NCBI GenBank assembly: GCA_040954595.2
Contig: CM082590.2
Span: 7,502,001 to 7,566,000, forward strand
From: Balanoglossus misakiensis
Lineage: Eukaryota > Animalia > Hemichordata
Length of the DNA stretch: 64,000 nucleotides
Direction of reading: 5' to 3'
Below, piece after piece: positions 13,448 through 28,237 of the stretch (position 1 is its first letter; every line of letters begins with the position of its first letter). The position numbers were made by a program, and so were the translations under genes. The notes beneath the pieces were generated by a model. That model worked only from the letters and a program-made list of their open reading frames with translations. It was not told the origin of the DNA and ran no database searches.

Positions 13448-15489
13448 AACATCGTAAACCGTCAGTAATGTACATATCACTCAGCAAAGATGATGAATAC
13501 AAATTGATGATGTGGGCGGGGGAAAACCACTGAATAATCCAATATGTTGGCCTACTTTTTATCATCAAAAGGTCATTCCCAAACAAAATGTATGCGTGGC
13601 CTAGATTTCTGATATATTTTCACATATCATCTTTTCTCACATAATATGCTTTTTTGAATGTCACCATTTTTTTTGTCCATGGTAACCCACTGCACACATA
13701 CAGAATTTTCTGTTTGTAAAACTTTCAAAATTGTATTGGTTTGAAACAAGAGAGTCTTGTTATTTTGTAATGAGGAAACAAAATTTAAATATAACATTGT
13801 AACTATTATATTATGTCAACAAAATTGTCAAACTGGTAGTTTGCAACAGGTTAACAAAAGTGAGTGAAACATTTGCAATAAAGTAGCAAAAATGCTTAAT
13901 TTCATTTCTGTTGGCAACAAGGTAGCAAAACCAAACAAAGTAGCAGAATTTGAACAAAATATCAAAAACATCCTGTCAATTGACAACTTGTAGCAAAAAT
14001 CAAACACAAATATGCAGCAGTTTAGTCAAAAGTGTATGTAATTGTAAAACATACCTCAATTTGTGTATAATATATTTTATATTTTATGGCAATTTTCAAC
14101 CATTTTTCTTCTCACTTTATATGACAGTGTTGGCAACTTACATGACAGATGAGAATTATACAATCCATGATCTGAGAACCATGAATATTCATTGTGATAA
14201 CAAGTCGTTATCATCAAATTAAATAATACTATTCATACACTTTGCATAAATGAATACTAATATACATGTTGCACTGTGCATCATGCATTGTCTGGTTAAT
14301 TACAATAGATGTAAATAGCTATTGTTTGTTGGAACAGATGTGGTGTGTGATAATGCATGCAGTTGTAAAATTAAAATTATGGTTTATTAATTAATGCCAT
14401 GTTAACCCTTTTACCACCATGGTTTGGTTCAATCCATTGTTTTATATGGTTAAGTGGGACCTCTATACTGGGAAACGGGGGTGAAAGGGTTAATATTACT
14501 ATAAAATTCCCATATTGCAAATATCTTCAGACCAAAGGAATATATATTTAATTTAAATTTGAAAACTGTTCAGGGTAGATGACATTTAATATAAGCATTG
14601 TACTGAATTTTTTAAAGATAATGGCTTATTTTCAGAGTGATATATTTTTAACTGTTTCATCTGAATAATTTGAAAGACAAATTATTATTTTTTCCGCAAA
14701 AGAATTTAACTGTGATGACAGTCCGTATTTCTGTACTGCATGCAGAAAACATAATTTCAGTGAAAAATTCATAGCAGATTCCAGTAAAAATAGTGAAATT
14801 GTGTGGTGATTGCAGTGAACATGATAAAATTCTGTAGATATTTAGAAAAATAGAATTTCTTCCTGAAATAGTCTCTTGGGGAAAATGAAAATAGTTGCTG
14901 GTACTTTTCTCCATCATTAGTTACAACAGCTGATGTACAAACCACACCTATGTGATTACAATACTTCCATTAATCCCCCAGTGGATGAAACCAGTGGTGT
15001 ATTGAGGATTATTCTGTTATTTTGATGGATTTTTTTTTAACACATACACTGTAATACTTGTTGACTTAGTTGATTTGATGTTATCGCAGTGTTTCATTCA
15101 GGATGGTATCAGCAGGGGGGATATGTCCCCCTTAGCCAGAATATTTGAGGGGGATTCCACTCTGCCAAGGGGGGAATGTAATATCTCCAACATGTGAGTG
15201 AGTGACATTATTATAATAATAAGGGGCATTGGTCCCCTCCCCCTTGACAAATTGCTAGGGGGTGCCAACATGTCAACAGGGGGGTGAATCCCCCATCCCC
15301 CCGTATAAATGAAACACTGTAAATATTATATCCAACTTGAATTCAATTTTTATAGGGGGTTGGTTGCCTGAACTGCATATGTGCAAATTTTAAGTCTATA
15401 ATTCATTTTAAAAATGTCATCTGCATTGGAGTACCCTGCCAACCAATACCTGTTATTATATCAAGGAAATTCGGAAATGAATAAAAAAG

Positions 15490-15725
15490 TAATAATGTAT
15501 TGTTTGTAATGATGTACAATGTAATACAAAGTAACAATGCATTGTTGGCAATTATGTACAATGTAACAACCACATTGTTTTCAATGATGTACAATGTAAT
15601 ACAAAGTAACAACCACAGTGTTTGAAATGATGTACATTGTAATACAAAGTAACAATGCATTGTTTTGTAATGATGTACAATGTAATACAAAGTATCAACC
15701 ACTTTGTTTGCAATGATACACATTG
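15490..15725. repeat. ~43-bp minisatellite; same family inverted at 50690-50981
   Basis: Unit tgatgtacaatgtaatacaaagtaacaaccacattgtt. Confidence 0.85.
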
Positions 15726-16919
15726 TAGCAATTTCACTTTGGGTATATTTCTAGCAACTGTGTCCTTTTGGACCCACACCCATAGTCCCAGACAGAACAA
15801 CACCCACCCTGTTTATGAATAATTTTACCATCATTTTAGTGCCGATGGCCTTGGAATGTCAATGCATCGTCTGGTGCATACAGCTTTGCTAGAAAGGACC
15901 GGTATACTCCTAGAGTTTTGGGGGTGATGGGGTAGTAGTGGGAGGGGGGTGTGATTGTTTCTGAAGGAAGAAAAAACGCTGGAGATTTGGAGAGCATCTG
16001 CAGAGGTCAGGGTCAAATTCTTGATGTCCTAGTCAGTTTCATGTTTGTGGTGTGTAATCTAGTGGCCTTGTCAAGGCTTTTAGAAACTGTGTTTGCACTG
16101 TACACTTCACCATAGGGTCAAATGAAAGTTGTTATTTTTTTGCCCATGTCTGGAAAGGGTCCCATTGAACCTACCCAGTCACCACTGTGGTTTGGTCCAA
16201 ATCCTAACATTCTAAGGTAAAGTTGGACCTCTAAAGTGGGGAATGGGGGCAGGTTGAACTCTCAGTAGCTGTAACCATTAAAAATAATTTCAGGAAGTTA
16301 AATTTAATATGTCATGTGATGTTGTCATTCATAAAAGGTCATTTGAGATATTTTTTAAGGATTTTAATTCTATAAAAAATTTTCCCAGTGTCCTATTCAG
16401 TGTGTCAATAATGTCTTGTTAGACGTGTTCATTATTGTTGATGAATGAATTCTAGTCTTGACTTGAATTCAATTTTCACAGCAATATATAGGTTGTGTCG
16501 ATTGATGAAATACGAGATATTTCATCATGCTTCAGGGATCCAAAAGTGGAAGTACAGTCAACCCTTTCTATAGTGGCCAGTCAAGGGACTTTCCTAAACT
16601 GGCTTTTATAGACTCGTGGCCTTTATATAGACAGGTCAATTAATGTACATGTAAATTGCACAGGGACTGTAACAAAGTGGCCACGACATAGAGGTGGTCA
16701 CTTGTATAAACAGAAATATAAGCACTTATATTCTACAAACTCCAAAATATGTGCAATGGATGGGTAATTCCAGTAGCAGCAACTGTAAATGAGAATGCTT
16801 TTCTCCAAGCCTGTTTTGTCTAACTTGAAAAAAATATAAGCCTTATTTATTCAAATGTTGTTGTTGTTTACCAAGTGCTTGTTGTTGTTTTGCCTCGCAG
16901 AAATGGTAACGATGATAAA

Positions 16920-19900
16920 ATGAAGCTACGAAGACGAACTGTGGGAGCGCAAGTGTCGCAGAAAGATGGCCGAACATCGACAGCAAAGGAGATCCAGTCC
17001 CCAGCCACAGTAGTTGGTAGAGGTGGTCGGAAGCGACGTCTGTCAGGGCAGTCAGAGGTAATGTAATTATTTTGTTTATTTTTTATGTATCTATTTACTT
17101 GTTTGTTTTTGTTTATTTATTTATTTATCAATTAATTAATTTATTTATTTATTTACTTACTTTACTTTCCTACACATATGTATTTATTTCTCTATGTATT
17201 TACTTATTTGCTTATCTTATTTATTAATTTATCTATTTACTTGTTTGTTTTTGTTTATTTATTTATTTATTTATTTACTTACTTACTTTACGTACCTACA
17301 CTTATGTATTTATTTCTCTATGTATTTACTTATTTGCTTATCTTATTTATTTATTTATCTATTTACTTATTTTTTTGTATATGTTTATTTGTTTATCGAT
17401 TTATTGCATTTTCTGTGCACAAACTGTGTGTTTAATTATTTGTCTGGTTACTTATTTGTTTTAAATGAAAAACATCTATGAAGATGAACGTGAACTGAAA
17501 ATTTTCGTTTTGTTATTGCAGGAGAAAGATGATGAGGAGGCAAAGCCTGGTTTGTTCACATCAATAAAGAAATTCATCTGGTCAACTCCGAAAACAGTGA
17601 GTATCAAGGGTTGATTTTTGATGTAACAGATATTATCATTGGCTGGTTCTGGTCATTCTTGAACATGGAAGCCAATCAAAACCTAGGATGCATAATATTG
17701 TTCATCAGAATTCTGTCTTGGAGCACACATTGTGAAACAGTTCTCCACATTTGCATATGAAATTTGGATAACAGGCTTGTCCACATGTTTCTATGACAAC
17801 CACAGGACTCGCAGCCAATCAAAACTGTCGATAGACAATTTTAGTCATCATAATTCTTGTCTTGGCGAAAAAATTGTGAAACCGCGAAGCAACATATCTG
17901 CATATGAAATTTGGATGACAGGCTTGTCCATATACCTGTGTCACAAATCTTGTTTCTATGACAACCACAGGACACACAGACACCGACAAGAAAGAGGCGG
18001 CGAAGGAACGAGTGTAATAACTCCGACGACGACACGTTGATCTCGTCGACACCGGTTCTGAACAACAACACGATAAAGAAAAGCAAAGTGCCCAACGGCA
18101 AAGCAGTGACGCAGACCAAACCGCAGGAAAATGGCTGCCCGGAGACGCCCACGGAATCAAGTAGCCAAGGTAACCAAATCACTTTCTCTGCTGTTCTGGG
18201 GAGCCTCTTACTCTAAGCTACAACGTGATTGGTCAATTCAGTGCTGATGCTGACTCAGCTAAGGAGTCGTTCATTCATCTGTGACATGATTGGTCAATGT
18301 TTTACCATTCGTTACCACTCTAAGGAGCCTTGTCTTTCTATCAATCTGATTGGTTAATAGTTTTTCAACAATTACTGGCCTAAGAAGAATTTTTACTTTC
18401 TTTTATGTTAGTGAATGAAGCGTTACCTAATGAAAATAATGTATTTTATGTGATTGTTTTCCAGCTGCTAAGAAAAGTGGAGTTATAACGACCGATGACC
18501 AAACTGTCGGCAGTCCACCTCGTACATCACTACTCGGGACAATCTTCTCTCCTGTATTTCAATTCTTTGGCCATAATGGTAATTAGCATATTCATTTAAA
18601 ATTGAACACTTTCTCGCTGCATAAATGTTGCAAAAATTATATTGGGTTAACCCCTTCACCACCGTGGTTTGGTCCAACTCCGTTGTTTTCTATGGAAAGG
18701 CTGGACCTCTTTACATGGAATTGGGGGTTGAAAGGATTGGACACTAGGAAATTGACAACAATTAAAGTATATATATTAGTGTCTATGTACAGTAACGGTA
18801 TTCATGTCTTCAGCAATTTCAGAAAACAAAGAAAACCTTGACAACGTGGCCCTCCGACTTGACCTGGACAATGTCGCCATGGAGACAGATGATGTCTTTC
18901 AATCAGATGATGCTATCGAATCAACATCAGCTGTTGCCAATGGCAACCTTGGAGCAGGGGACGCACCCTTAGCAACCAATGCTGCACTAGCTACAGGCAG
19001 TACTATATATCCGTCATCCACAGGTTTGTTGTCAATCACTTTAATCTTTCATATTTTTTAAAATAGAAATTTCTTCCAGGGATCTCCCCAGGCTGGTTGG
19101 CAGTGGTCGGGCCCCCCCCCCCCCCCCCAGCACTCAAGTGAAAATACTAGCAGACAAAGCCTGCCAGCAGGCACTATTCCAGTACTCCAGTCTATTGTCT
19201 CATTCTGATACATGTTGGCAGTGTTTTTGATATACTGTAGAACACTTTATTTTCGCGAGTCAAAATTTTCGCGATATCGAGAGAGGCCACTGTTTCACGA
19301 GTATTAATTTTTGTGCTGTCTTATATCATTCACTGCATCGTTATCTTCAAAAACAATTTACGCTACTTTTTATATTCACACTATTTTGGCTCTCGCGTAT
19401 TTCGCGGAAATTTATTGCTCGCGAAAATTAAGTGTTTTACAGTTAATATTCTTGTATAATTTTACAGAAAATAACTCAAATTGTCAGTTTAAATTCTGTT
19501 ATCGATTTTAAAACGTAAATAATTCTTTGTAATTCAGCTGCGAACGGCGACAGTGAAAGCGCCAACTGCGAGGAAGAGAACAGCGCCCTCTGTTGCCACT
19601 ATACGCCCGAAGTCGTCGTCGGGGCCGCGGCCAACTACAGCAGCAACTGCAACGTGTCGCTGCAAGCGGCGGAGAACGGCGGCGTGGAGGGTGTGCCGCA
19701 GACGGAGACGGGAATGGTGCCGGTCGTGGAAGGGGAGGAGGAGGTGCAGCAGTGTGCCGGGGACGAGGAATGGGAGACGTTCGATTTGTAAGTGATTTTC
19801 CCACACTTACCTACTTACCAGTTGCAACTATCTACATTCGAACCTGTCTATAGTGGCCAGTCAAGGGAATTTTCTAAAATGGCCTTTATAGACAGGTTAT

Positions 19901-21205
19901 ACACAGGTCAATTAATGCACACTGTAAGTTGCACAGGGACTGTAACAAAGTGGCCACTAACACAGGTTTGACTGTACATACAAATTGCACAGGGACTGTA
20001 ACAAAGTAACGTTCGATTTGTATGTGGTTTTTCCAAACATACCTACTTACCATGTGCCCTCTAACAGACATAATTTTAAAACGTTTTGAGTCATTTTGAG
20101 GATTTGCAGAACTTTCTCTGAGTCTGCCCTATACATTTTCACGTAGTGTGGATAATTTTCTTGAGTCACCAGTGAGTTTGTTGAGTCAGTGGCGGGTCAT
20201 ATGGGCTTAGAGGGACCACTGCTTCTTACCAGTTGCACCTATTACAGGTGAACCTGTCTATAGTGGCCAGTCAAGGGACTTTCCTAAACTGGCATTTATA
20301 GACAGGTCGATTAATGCACATGTAAATTACACAGGGACTAAAACAAAGTGGCCTCACAGACTTACTGTAAAATGGAATTTTCGCAAATATCAACAGAGGT
20401 GACTATTTCACAACGATTAAACTTTGCATTCTATTGTACACATTGCCCTTTGTCGACTATTTATTATTGCGGTTTTTTTTTTGGCTCTCACGAAGTTCGT
20501 GAAATGTCCCATTTTACACTATCTACTTACAAGTTGCAGTAACACACCATTGTACAAGGGTGTCTGTTACTATCACTCAGCGCTGTGCAATAATATGTTT
20601 TCTTTGCTTCCAGGTATTATTTTATCACACATCCGCCGCCATTACCGGAGTCTGAAATGAACAGAGCCCCAGTCTTGCCACTGAAGACAAGAAGTTCACC
20701 TGAATATACTTTAGTTTTAGATTTAGTAAGTCACTCTAACCCTTTTCTGTAATGGTTGAGTCCAACCCCATTGTTTCCTATGGTGAAGTTGGATCTCTAA
20801 AGCAGGAAATGGGGGTGGGAAGTGTTAAATCTTTCCAACTATGGGCTGTTTTCTGAGTGTGTTTAAGAGTTAAAGAATCAAACATTGAAAATGGATGTTA
20901 TTTTTGCCTCTCACAGGATGAAACCCTTGTACACTGTAGTTTATACGAATTAGAAGATGCAAATCTTACATTCCCTGTCGTGTTCAAAGATACAACTTAT
21001 CAGGTGAGTGAAAAATTAAGCGATATTATTTGATCAAGGGTTCTATTGATTTGAAAGTTTTCAGCTCAGTTTTTAGGTTCCGTTTGGTATATATATACGA
21101 TGGGACCTTATGGGATTGGTTGGGTCTGTATGTATGTATACATGTATGCAGTATGTATGTGTGTATGTATGTATGTATGTGTGTATGTATTTATGTATGT
21201 ACATG

Positions 21206-21239
<34 letters not shown>

Positions 21240-23207
21240 TGTATGTATGGACCTTGCTATCCCAATCTTATATATGAACCAGCCTGTTTCTCCTCATTTG
21301 AGACCTGACCACCCCCATCTTATAAATGACTCTGTCTTGTTTCAATTTCTTCCTCAGGTATTCGTTAGGACAAGGCCGTTTTTCAGAGAATTCCTGGACA
21401 GAGTTTCCCAATTGTATGAAGTCATCTTGTTCACCGCATCCAAGAAAGTCTATGCTGACAAGCTTTTCAATCTTCTGGATCCGCAGAAGAAATGGGTCAA
21501 GTATGTCCCCTCAGTTTTGTACCTTTACACCCCCATGAATATAATGGAAGATCATATCCATAATAGATAATCAGCTGGATTGGTCAACTTTGTATTTGAT
21601 ATAGGGGTGTGATTAACGTGCCCTTTGGGGCAAGGTACAGGTCTGGTGTGAATAAGATTTTGAAAGTTTAAAGTGATATTATCCCTACACTTCAGGTAAA
21701 ACTTAAAGGCCCAGCTTATGTTTGATTTGATTGCCAGGAAATTGCATATTGGATTGAAGGTCTATGGACACCCATGCAAATTTAGCCATGGTTACCATGG
21801 AGAAATGAGATGTAGCCAATGACATATTCGTTTGCCTTAGACATGCCCATATTAGGGCATATATGTAAATTGGAGGTGATTGTATTCGTTTAACTTGAAC
21901 GAAGAATATGACTTAATACAATTCACACCAATACGAAAACCAGGGATTTCTGATCTACGTTTTATATTTTTGCAGATATCGACTGTTTCGCGAACACTGT
22001 GTACAGGTACAAGGCAACTACATCAAAGACTTGACCATTCTCGGCCGAGATCTGTCCAAAGTCATCATCGTGGACAACTCACCACAAGCATTCTGCTATC
22101 AGGTAAAATATCTGCTATTTGTAGTTTCTTATGTTAGGTTTTGTTGAGAGCACTGATCCATGATGGTTGGTGCTGTGACCATTATTTATTCAGTTTCAGT
22201 TGTTTATTTGTTCACTTGCAGCATGTGTTTGATGCACCAAACTTGTTAATTAACAAAAAAGGCCCTGACTGTATGGGCACTTCTTCTCTCCCTTGCCAAG
22301 AACTTTTCAGAAGATAACCAAGATTATGTTTCTTCTACTTTGAAGTGACATGTAGCTGTCTGTTAGATAAAACTCTACAAACCTCATCTGGGTAAAACGG
22401 AGAACCCAACAGTTATATTAACGTACCTCGGATGTGTGGCATAGTTTCCACGATTCTGGCTGTGTTATCTTCAGTCTCAATAGTGTTTCCATCAGTGTGG
22501 TTGATCCATTATACATGACAGGAATCGTATCTTCCTAATCGTGACAAATACAAAAAAATAGAGTTTGAAAATTAATCCAAGACTTAATGATGTGTTGTTA
22601 TCGACAGCTTACCAATGGGATACCGATCGAGAGTTGGTTCAAAGACAAGTCGGACACCGAACTCATGAAACTGGTCCCGTTCTTGGAAAGCATCGTGAGA
22701 CTGGTAAGATTTACATGTACTTTCTGTTGACGTTTGTACCAGACTCTGGACAGACGACAATCATCAGAGCTAGAAAAGATATTTAGGAGTTTATTTCTTT
22801 GTGTTTTGATCAAGGCCTCTTGAGATCATGCTCTCTTAAAATTGAAAAATAATAAGAATTTGGGGTAATCATGCAAAATTTCAAATGAGAGCACAAAATT
22901 GTCTCAAATTTGAAATACAAAATGGCCGCCGGTCTCTGTGTTAACTCTATGGAGAAAAAATGAAAGAAGTGATTTGATATTCAAAATGGCCGCCAGTTGA
23001 AATTTAAAATGGCCGCTAGTTACTGTATAAACTCTATTGAGAAAAATGAAAGGAGTGAACGACGCTGAACAACCTGAGGTGCATACATGAATAAATAATG
23101 TCTTTATTGTGTCTGCTTTGTAACAGAGAAAAGACGTCCGGCCACAAATCCGTGAGAAGTTTCAAGAAAGATATCGGATCCACGAATGGCAACTGCCCCC
23201 AGACTAA
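16920..23207 (+). CDS. CTDSPL2: CTD small phosphatase-like protein 2 (SCP4), 12 coding exons, 543 aa
   Basis: Exons 16920-17057, 17522-17596, 17971-18169, 18465-18578, 18814-19023, 19538-19787, 20614-20725, 20917-21003, 21358-21500, 21976-22102, 22608-22703, 23127-23207, all GT-AG with consistent phase. Motifs [29 protein letters not shown], catalytic [43 protein letters not shown]-terminal LPPD. Confidence 0.96.
17065..17400. repeat. (TTTA)-rich low-complexity tract with internal tandem duplication
   Basis: atgtatttatttctctatgtatttacttatttgcttatctta occurs twice ~126 bp apart. Confidence 0.85.
21128..21248. repeat. (TATG)n microsatellite
   Basis: Direct reading. Confidence 0.95.
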
Positions 23208-26200
23208 GTGGTAACCAAGGCAACAGACCAAGACTGCACAAAGAGAAGATATATTTTGTCTGTTCTAATCGGGGGTTACGGAGCCAAGAACCGGTAGATT
23301 GTGTGTTAAGATTTAAAATCATGCAGAAATCAGAGTTTACTGAAATGATTCTTTTTCAGTCTGTTCACCCTGTTTTTCCAAAAATAGAATAACCGGACCA
23401 TTGCAAAGCATTGGGTTATTCCATTTTTGTTGAAAATAGGGGTGTCAGGACTACAGTCGACTGATGTTCTTGATGTTGCACTGATGTCATGTCACATAAT
23501 TGCTGCATGCATCCCATCCACTGATGAAGTTGCCCTAAATAGTTTGGTCCGAGATTTATGTAAATTTGGTGGGCTTGCTATAAATTTAGAGCAAAGTCCT
23601 CCTGTTTCAATCATTCAGATATTTCTCACTTTTAACGAAAAATCAAAGGCAGTTCTTTTTTTGAGTAACATCAGATACTTGATCAGTTACTTTTAAAATT
23701 TTAATCTTCCGTTTACCAGTTTTACCGTCGTAATTTTATCATGAAAAGATTTTTTTAAATCCCAGCTGCTAAGACGTACAAATCATGAAACCTTCTCCCC
23801 ATGCACACAAAGACTTTTTGCATTTACCAATTTCTGCGTATTCAAATATTGAAATAAGTCATATAAAATAAAATGTTTATTAAATATTCAAATCATTCAG
23901 AAGGTTTTTTTGTAAAGATGGGGAAATTGGGTCGCGGGATCTGATAATAAATTGCAAACTAAGATATGAAAAAAATTTTAATCCAGTAAAAGTTAATATC
24001 CCTGTGAAAAGCCTACAAAATATAATGTTTTTTTCATTCTTTAATAGTACCCCTTCACACCCCGTGTCTGTAATAGACTCAACCATTTTTGAACTAATGT
24101 AAAAATTAGCACAATAAATCATTGTACAGTTTTTATTTCCTTTCAAGTTGCGTGATTTAAAAAAAAACTGAAATTTTCTTCTCAGAAAGATGCCAATCAC
24201 TGTCAGGACCTTATGTTACAGATTTAAAAAGAATTGTCGACAAACATCTCAGATAAAATGAAATTATGTTATCATATGTATTCAGATGAATAACTATCTG
24301 TTCAGCCATTTTGTTTTGACCTCTGACCTTTTGCCCAATATGGCAGCTTTGATCTTTGACCCTACACAACGGCCAATCAGATTCACTGTTACAGTATAGT
24401 GTCACCAGGAAGGCACTATGAGCCTCTGCTATTGGATGTTACTCTCAGACTTGTGTGATCACAACATTTTAGACTCTGTATATGTAAATATCTATAGACA
24501 TATTTCATCATCTGCAAAATTTAAAATTGAACAGGACAAATTTACACTGGGGAAAGTTTGGAATTTACCACACATTTTAACTTTGGAAAAAAAAAGATTT
24601 CTTCATTTGAGGTTGAATTTTGATGTTTTGAAACCGTCGTGAGCAATAAATAAGGACACAATTTGACAATTTTGCAGATTTTGATATTTGGTAACAAAAA
24701 AAAAAGTATTTCATACAAATAGCCAGAGTTTTAAGAAACCTTGTTCTGATCGTTTCGTTTTTAGACTTTTAAAAATTGTACATGTGCAATTGCGGGAGAT
24801 ATTTCAGAATTTTTATCAAATGAAACTCTTTTTTCTTGTGTGTGTGATGTTCAGTTTTTTGTTTTTCGCCTTGATCAGTGTGTATTAACCCTTTCACCCC
24901 CGTTTTGTACTGCATTGGTCCAACTTTGCTATGTCAAAGAGTGGGATTTGGGCCGAACCATTGCTGGTGAGAGGGTTAGACGCTTCCAAGGTTGAGGGGC
25001 TGTGTCATCTGGGTGTGTTGTAATTGGCCAGAAATTTTAATTGCCTTTCACCCCCGGTTCTCGATACAGAGTCCGACTTTCCCATAGAAAACAATGGATT
25101 TGGACCGAACCATGGTGGTGAAAGGGGTAACACACTCAGATTCGACACAACCCAAATCGTTTGGTCGCCAAACGCACACTGTCGTTCCGCTCACTTATTC
25201 TCAAAAAATTTTAAGCCTAGCATGTAATTACTGATTTTAAGTCCAGAAAAGAGCTATCGCTTCTATATGATGACCAGTTTTAAAGAAAAAAACGTTGGAA
25301 CTTGTTGCCGTGGCAACAGAAGTTGTGTATTTTCATTAAAGAGAAGAGACGACTATTTTTTAGAGAATGACTAAAATTTGAAATACGTTTTTAGTTTAGG
25401 TTATTACATGTATTCGGTGTACAGAAATGCCAAAAAATATTAAAAGTCTTGTGCTCTTGCTAATTTTACAACAGGTTGTATTTTTATGTGATGGAAAGAC
25501 TGCTTTATATTCACAATACATCCCTTTTAAAAGTCTAGCGCCCTCACACAGCCGTCAATGAGGCCAATGGGGAAAGCTGACCAATCACATCAAGGGATTT
25601 CCCAGCCCCATTGGCCTTGCTTTGAGTTCAAATTCATGATGGTTGCATGACGGCACTAGACTTATGAAAAGGTTGTATCGGATGACAGTATGTATATTAC
25701 AATAGTCGACTTTCATGACCTCTACGTGACCTCTACATCCTGTAGTTTGTTGGTAAGAGTGTACCATTTTAAGTTTAGATTTGGAAAAGTATACTATGCT
25801 GTTGAATTTGTATGTGTCAGTCAACATATCCCAAAATCTAAAAGGATGGGATTGGTGAATGTTTTATGTAAATTTGAATGTGTGATGTCATACCAGCAAA
25901 AAACCAGGATGTAAGGTCACTCAGGGGTCATGATAGTCCCCTATTGCATTTCCTCGGTTACGAAACCAACTGCTGTGGGTTAGGGTTAGGGATTTTGATT
26001 GGGAGCTTTGTAAAACACGTCCTGATCACCACTGTTGCTAAGCTGTGTGATACTGTTGTTGCTAGGAACATCAATAGGTGTGGTTCGTCTGAACAGAAAA
26101 TTTTATCTTGTTAACGTTTTATCAAATCGTGTCAATCATCACAAGAAATATTTTAGAATCTCTTGTATGAAATCATAACCCATCAAAGAATAATTATTTG

Positions 26201-26662
26201 ACCAAATTACTGATGTGATATAATAACAAAATCATTTTGCGAATCAAATCAAATTCCATTTGAACAATCAACAAGATTAACTTGAAGTTTGATCAATCTT
26301 GTCTCAGATCCTTTGAATACATTGGTTTTGTTCAGATGAAAAATTACAATCTATTACAGAATGGTCGGTTACCATGCCAAATTAATGAATCGAAAGAAAA
26401 ACAGCATTAATCTTGTGGATATCATGAAATTTTGTCGCTAAACGGGGAAGTTTTTTTTCAGAAAGGGGAAGTGTTGAAAGTAGAAAGGGCACAAGACTTC
26501 TGTTTTGTAAAAAGTTCATAGTTGTAAATGTGGTCTTGATTTAGTTGAAATTGGGATAGTCTCGACAATTGCCAATCCAGTTTATCTGTCGTGTGTGAAT
26601 GAACTTCTAGACAGATGACAAAGTTAGAGAGCCCTCACAGGTCAGTGTCTGAAAGTTTTTGG

Positions 26663-26827
26663 TACAGTCGAACGTGTCTATAGTGGCCAGTCAAGGGTCT
26701 TCCCTAAACTGGCCTGTATAGACAAGTGGACCTTTATATAGAGGTTACTTAATGCACATGTAAATTGCACAGGGACTGTAACAAAGTGGCCACTATATAG
26801 GGGTGGCCACTAACAGAGGTTTGACTG
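26663..26827. mobile_element. TA-flanked MITE (Tc1/pogo-like termini CAGTC(A/G)AAC)
   Basis: tacagtcgaac...gtttgactgt; copies near 16553, 19833, 20242, 43489-43665, 62368. Confidence 0.75.
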
Positions 26828-28150
26828 TTATTACTTCGTATGGATGTTTTGGCACCAACTTGGGGAGTTCAGTGAATGGTTGCTAGGGGTTTTGTTATGA
26901 CAACCATGAGGGTTATACCTTCATGGGGGTATGTGTTGCAAATAAGGGATTAACCGTAATATCTGTAATCCTAGGGATGCCTGTTCTTGAAAGAAAGCAA
27001 CTGATTTCGATCATAATTTGCTGAAAAGTTGTTTTACAAAGAAACTGAAAAAAAGAAAGGGACTGAAGTTTTGAACTGTGAGGGCATCCTAACCTATGCT
27101 TGTTAAAAACCAGTATTTTGAAGATTTTTTCCCAATCAGAGGGTTCGACACCCGTCAATTCCAGAAAGTATTTTCAAGATTTTATTCCTGTATAATTGTA
27201 CATGTTCTCCAGTTTTCTGTTTTTTCCTGTATTTGATAGTTGATAATAGTTAAGAATTAAAATGTAATGAAATTACGAGGTTGCATTAGTGTATATTGTA
27301 CTGTGTGTGTGTGTGTGTGTGTTCATTGAGGATCTCGCAGATGTGTGTGGTTGCCAAAGACTGGAAGTGGGGTTTTTGGAAATGTAAGTCCTAAACAAGT
27401 TTTTCGAGTACATGTACTACAAATGAAAGACATGGAAATTATTGGCATTTAATCAAACGGTCTTAAAAATCAATTTTTGCTGATTATTATATTTGTCTGC
27501 ATAAACTCAAATACAGATGCAAAGAAGATATTTTATTATTATTCATTATTAAACCACACTGGAAAAATTTAAAGGTCTGACTCCCAAATTGCTGTCATGA
27601 AAATTGTACATCATAAATTTTTTACAACAGGTGGTAAATATTGTTTGATTGCAGTACAAGAAAAAAAATGTCCTCTGTCACATTTACATCAATTGAGATT
27701 ATAATTTCATGGCTGATTATAACATACAAAACTGATTATTAAAATAATGAAAATTACACAAAAATTAAAATTATATCACAACGGAAACCATATCAAAATT
27801 AAAATAATAAAAATTACACCAAAATTAAAATCATACAACTGAAACCACAACAAAAATTAAAATATCAATGAAAATAACACCAAAATTAAAACCATGTTAC
27901 AACTGAAACCAACACAAAAATTTAGTTAATAACAGTAAAGTATGAATTAGTTATAATGTTGTAAATATCAAGTCTGTCTTGGTTGAAATATCTTTATAAC
28001 ACATACTGGAAAATGTGTATTGTCAAGACAGTTTCCAGATTATACAGGGTTCTGATTAGACAGGTTTTACTGTACAAGCATGGTCTATATTATAATTATG
28101 TATTTTTAATAACTGCTTTCCATTTGCAAATTTTGTAATTTCACCATGAG

Positions 28151-28237
28151 CTCACAAGTTTTTAACAAATCCATCAAGTGCAGAAACTGAGGTAACCTCT
28201 TTATTCCAACACTGTCATATAGTAAAAATGTTGTGAG
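28151..28237 (-). promoter_or_regulatory. Type II SECIS element of SelW2/MIEN1 copy A
   Basis: Minus strand: ATGAC-AGTGTTGGAAT-AAA-GAGG TTA CCTC-A-GTTTCTGCACT-TGAT; AUGA/GA quartet, 11-bp helix II, unpaired AAA, apical ministem, outer stem ctcacaa/ttgtgag; ~430 nt after the stop. Confidence 0.92.

Noticed and set aside
19508-19853. Several overlapping GC-rich ORFs on both strands
   Set aside because: Shadows of CTDSPL2 exon 19538-19787
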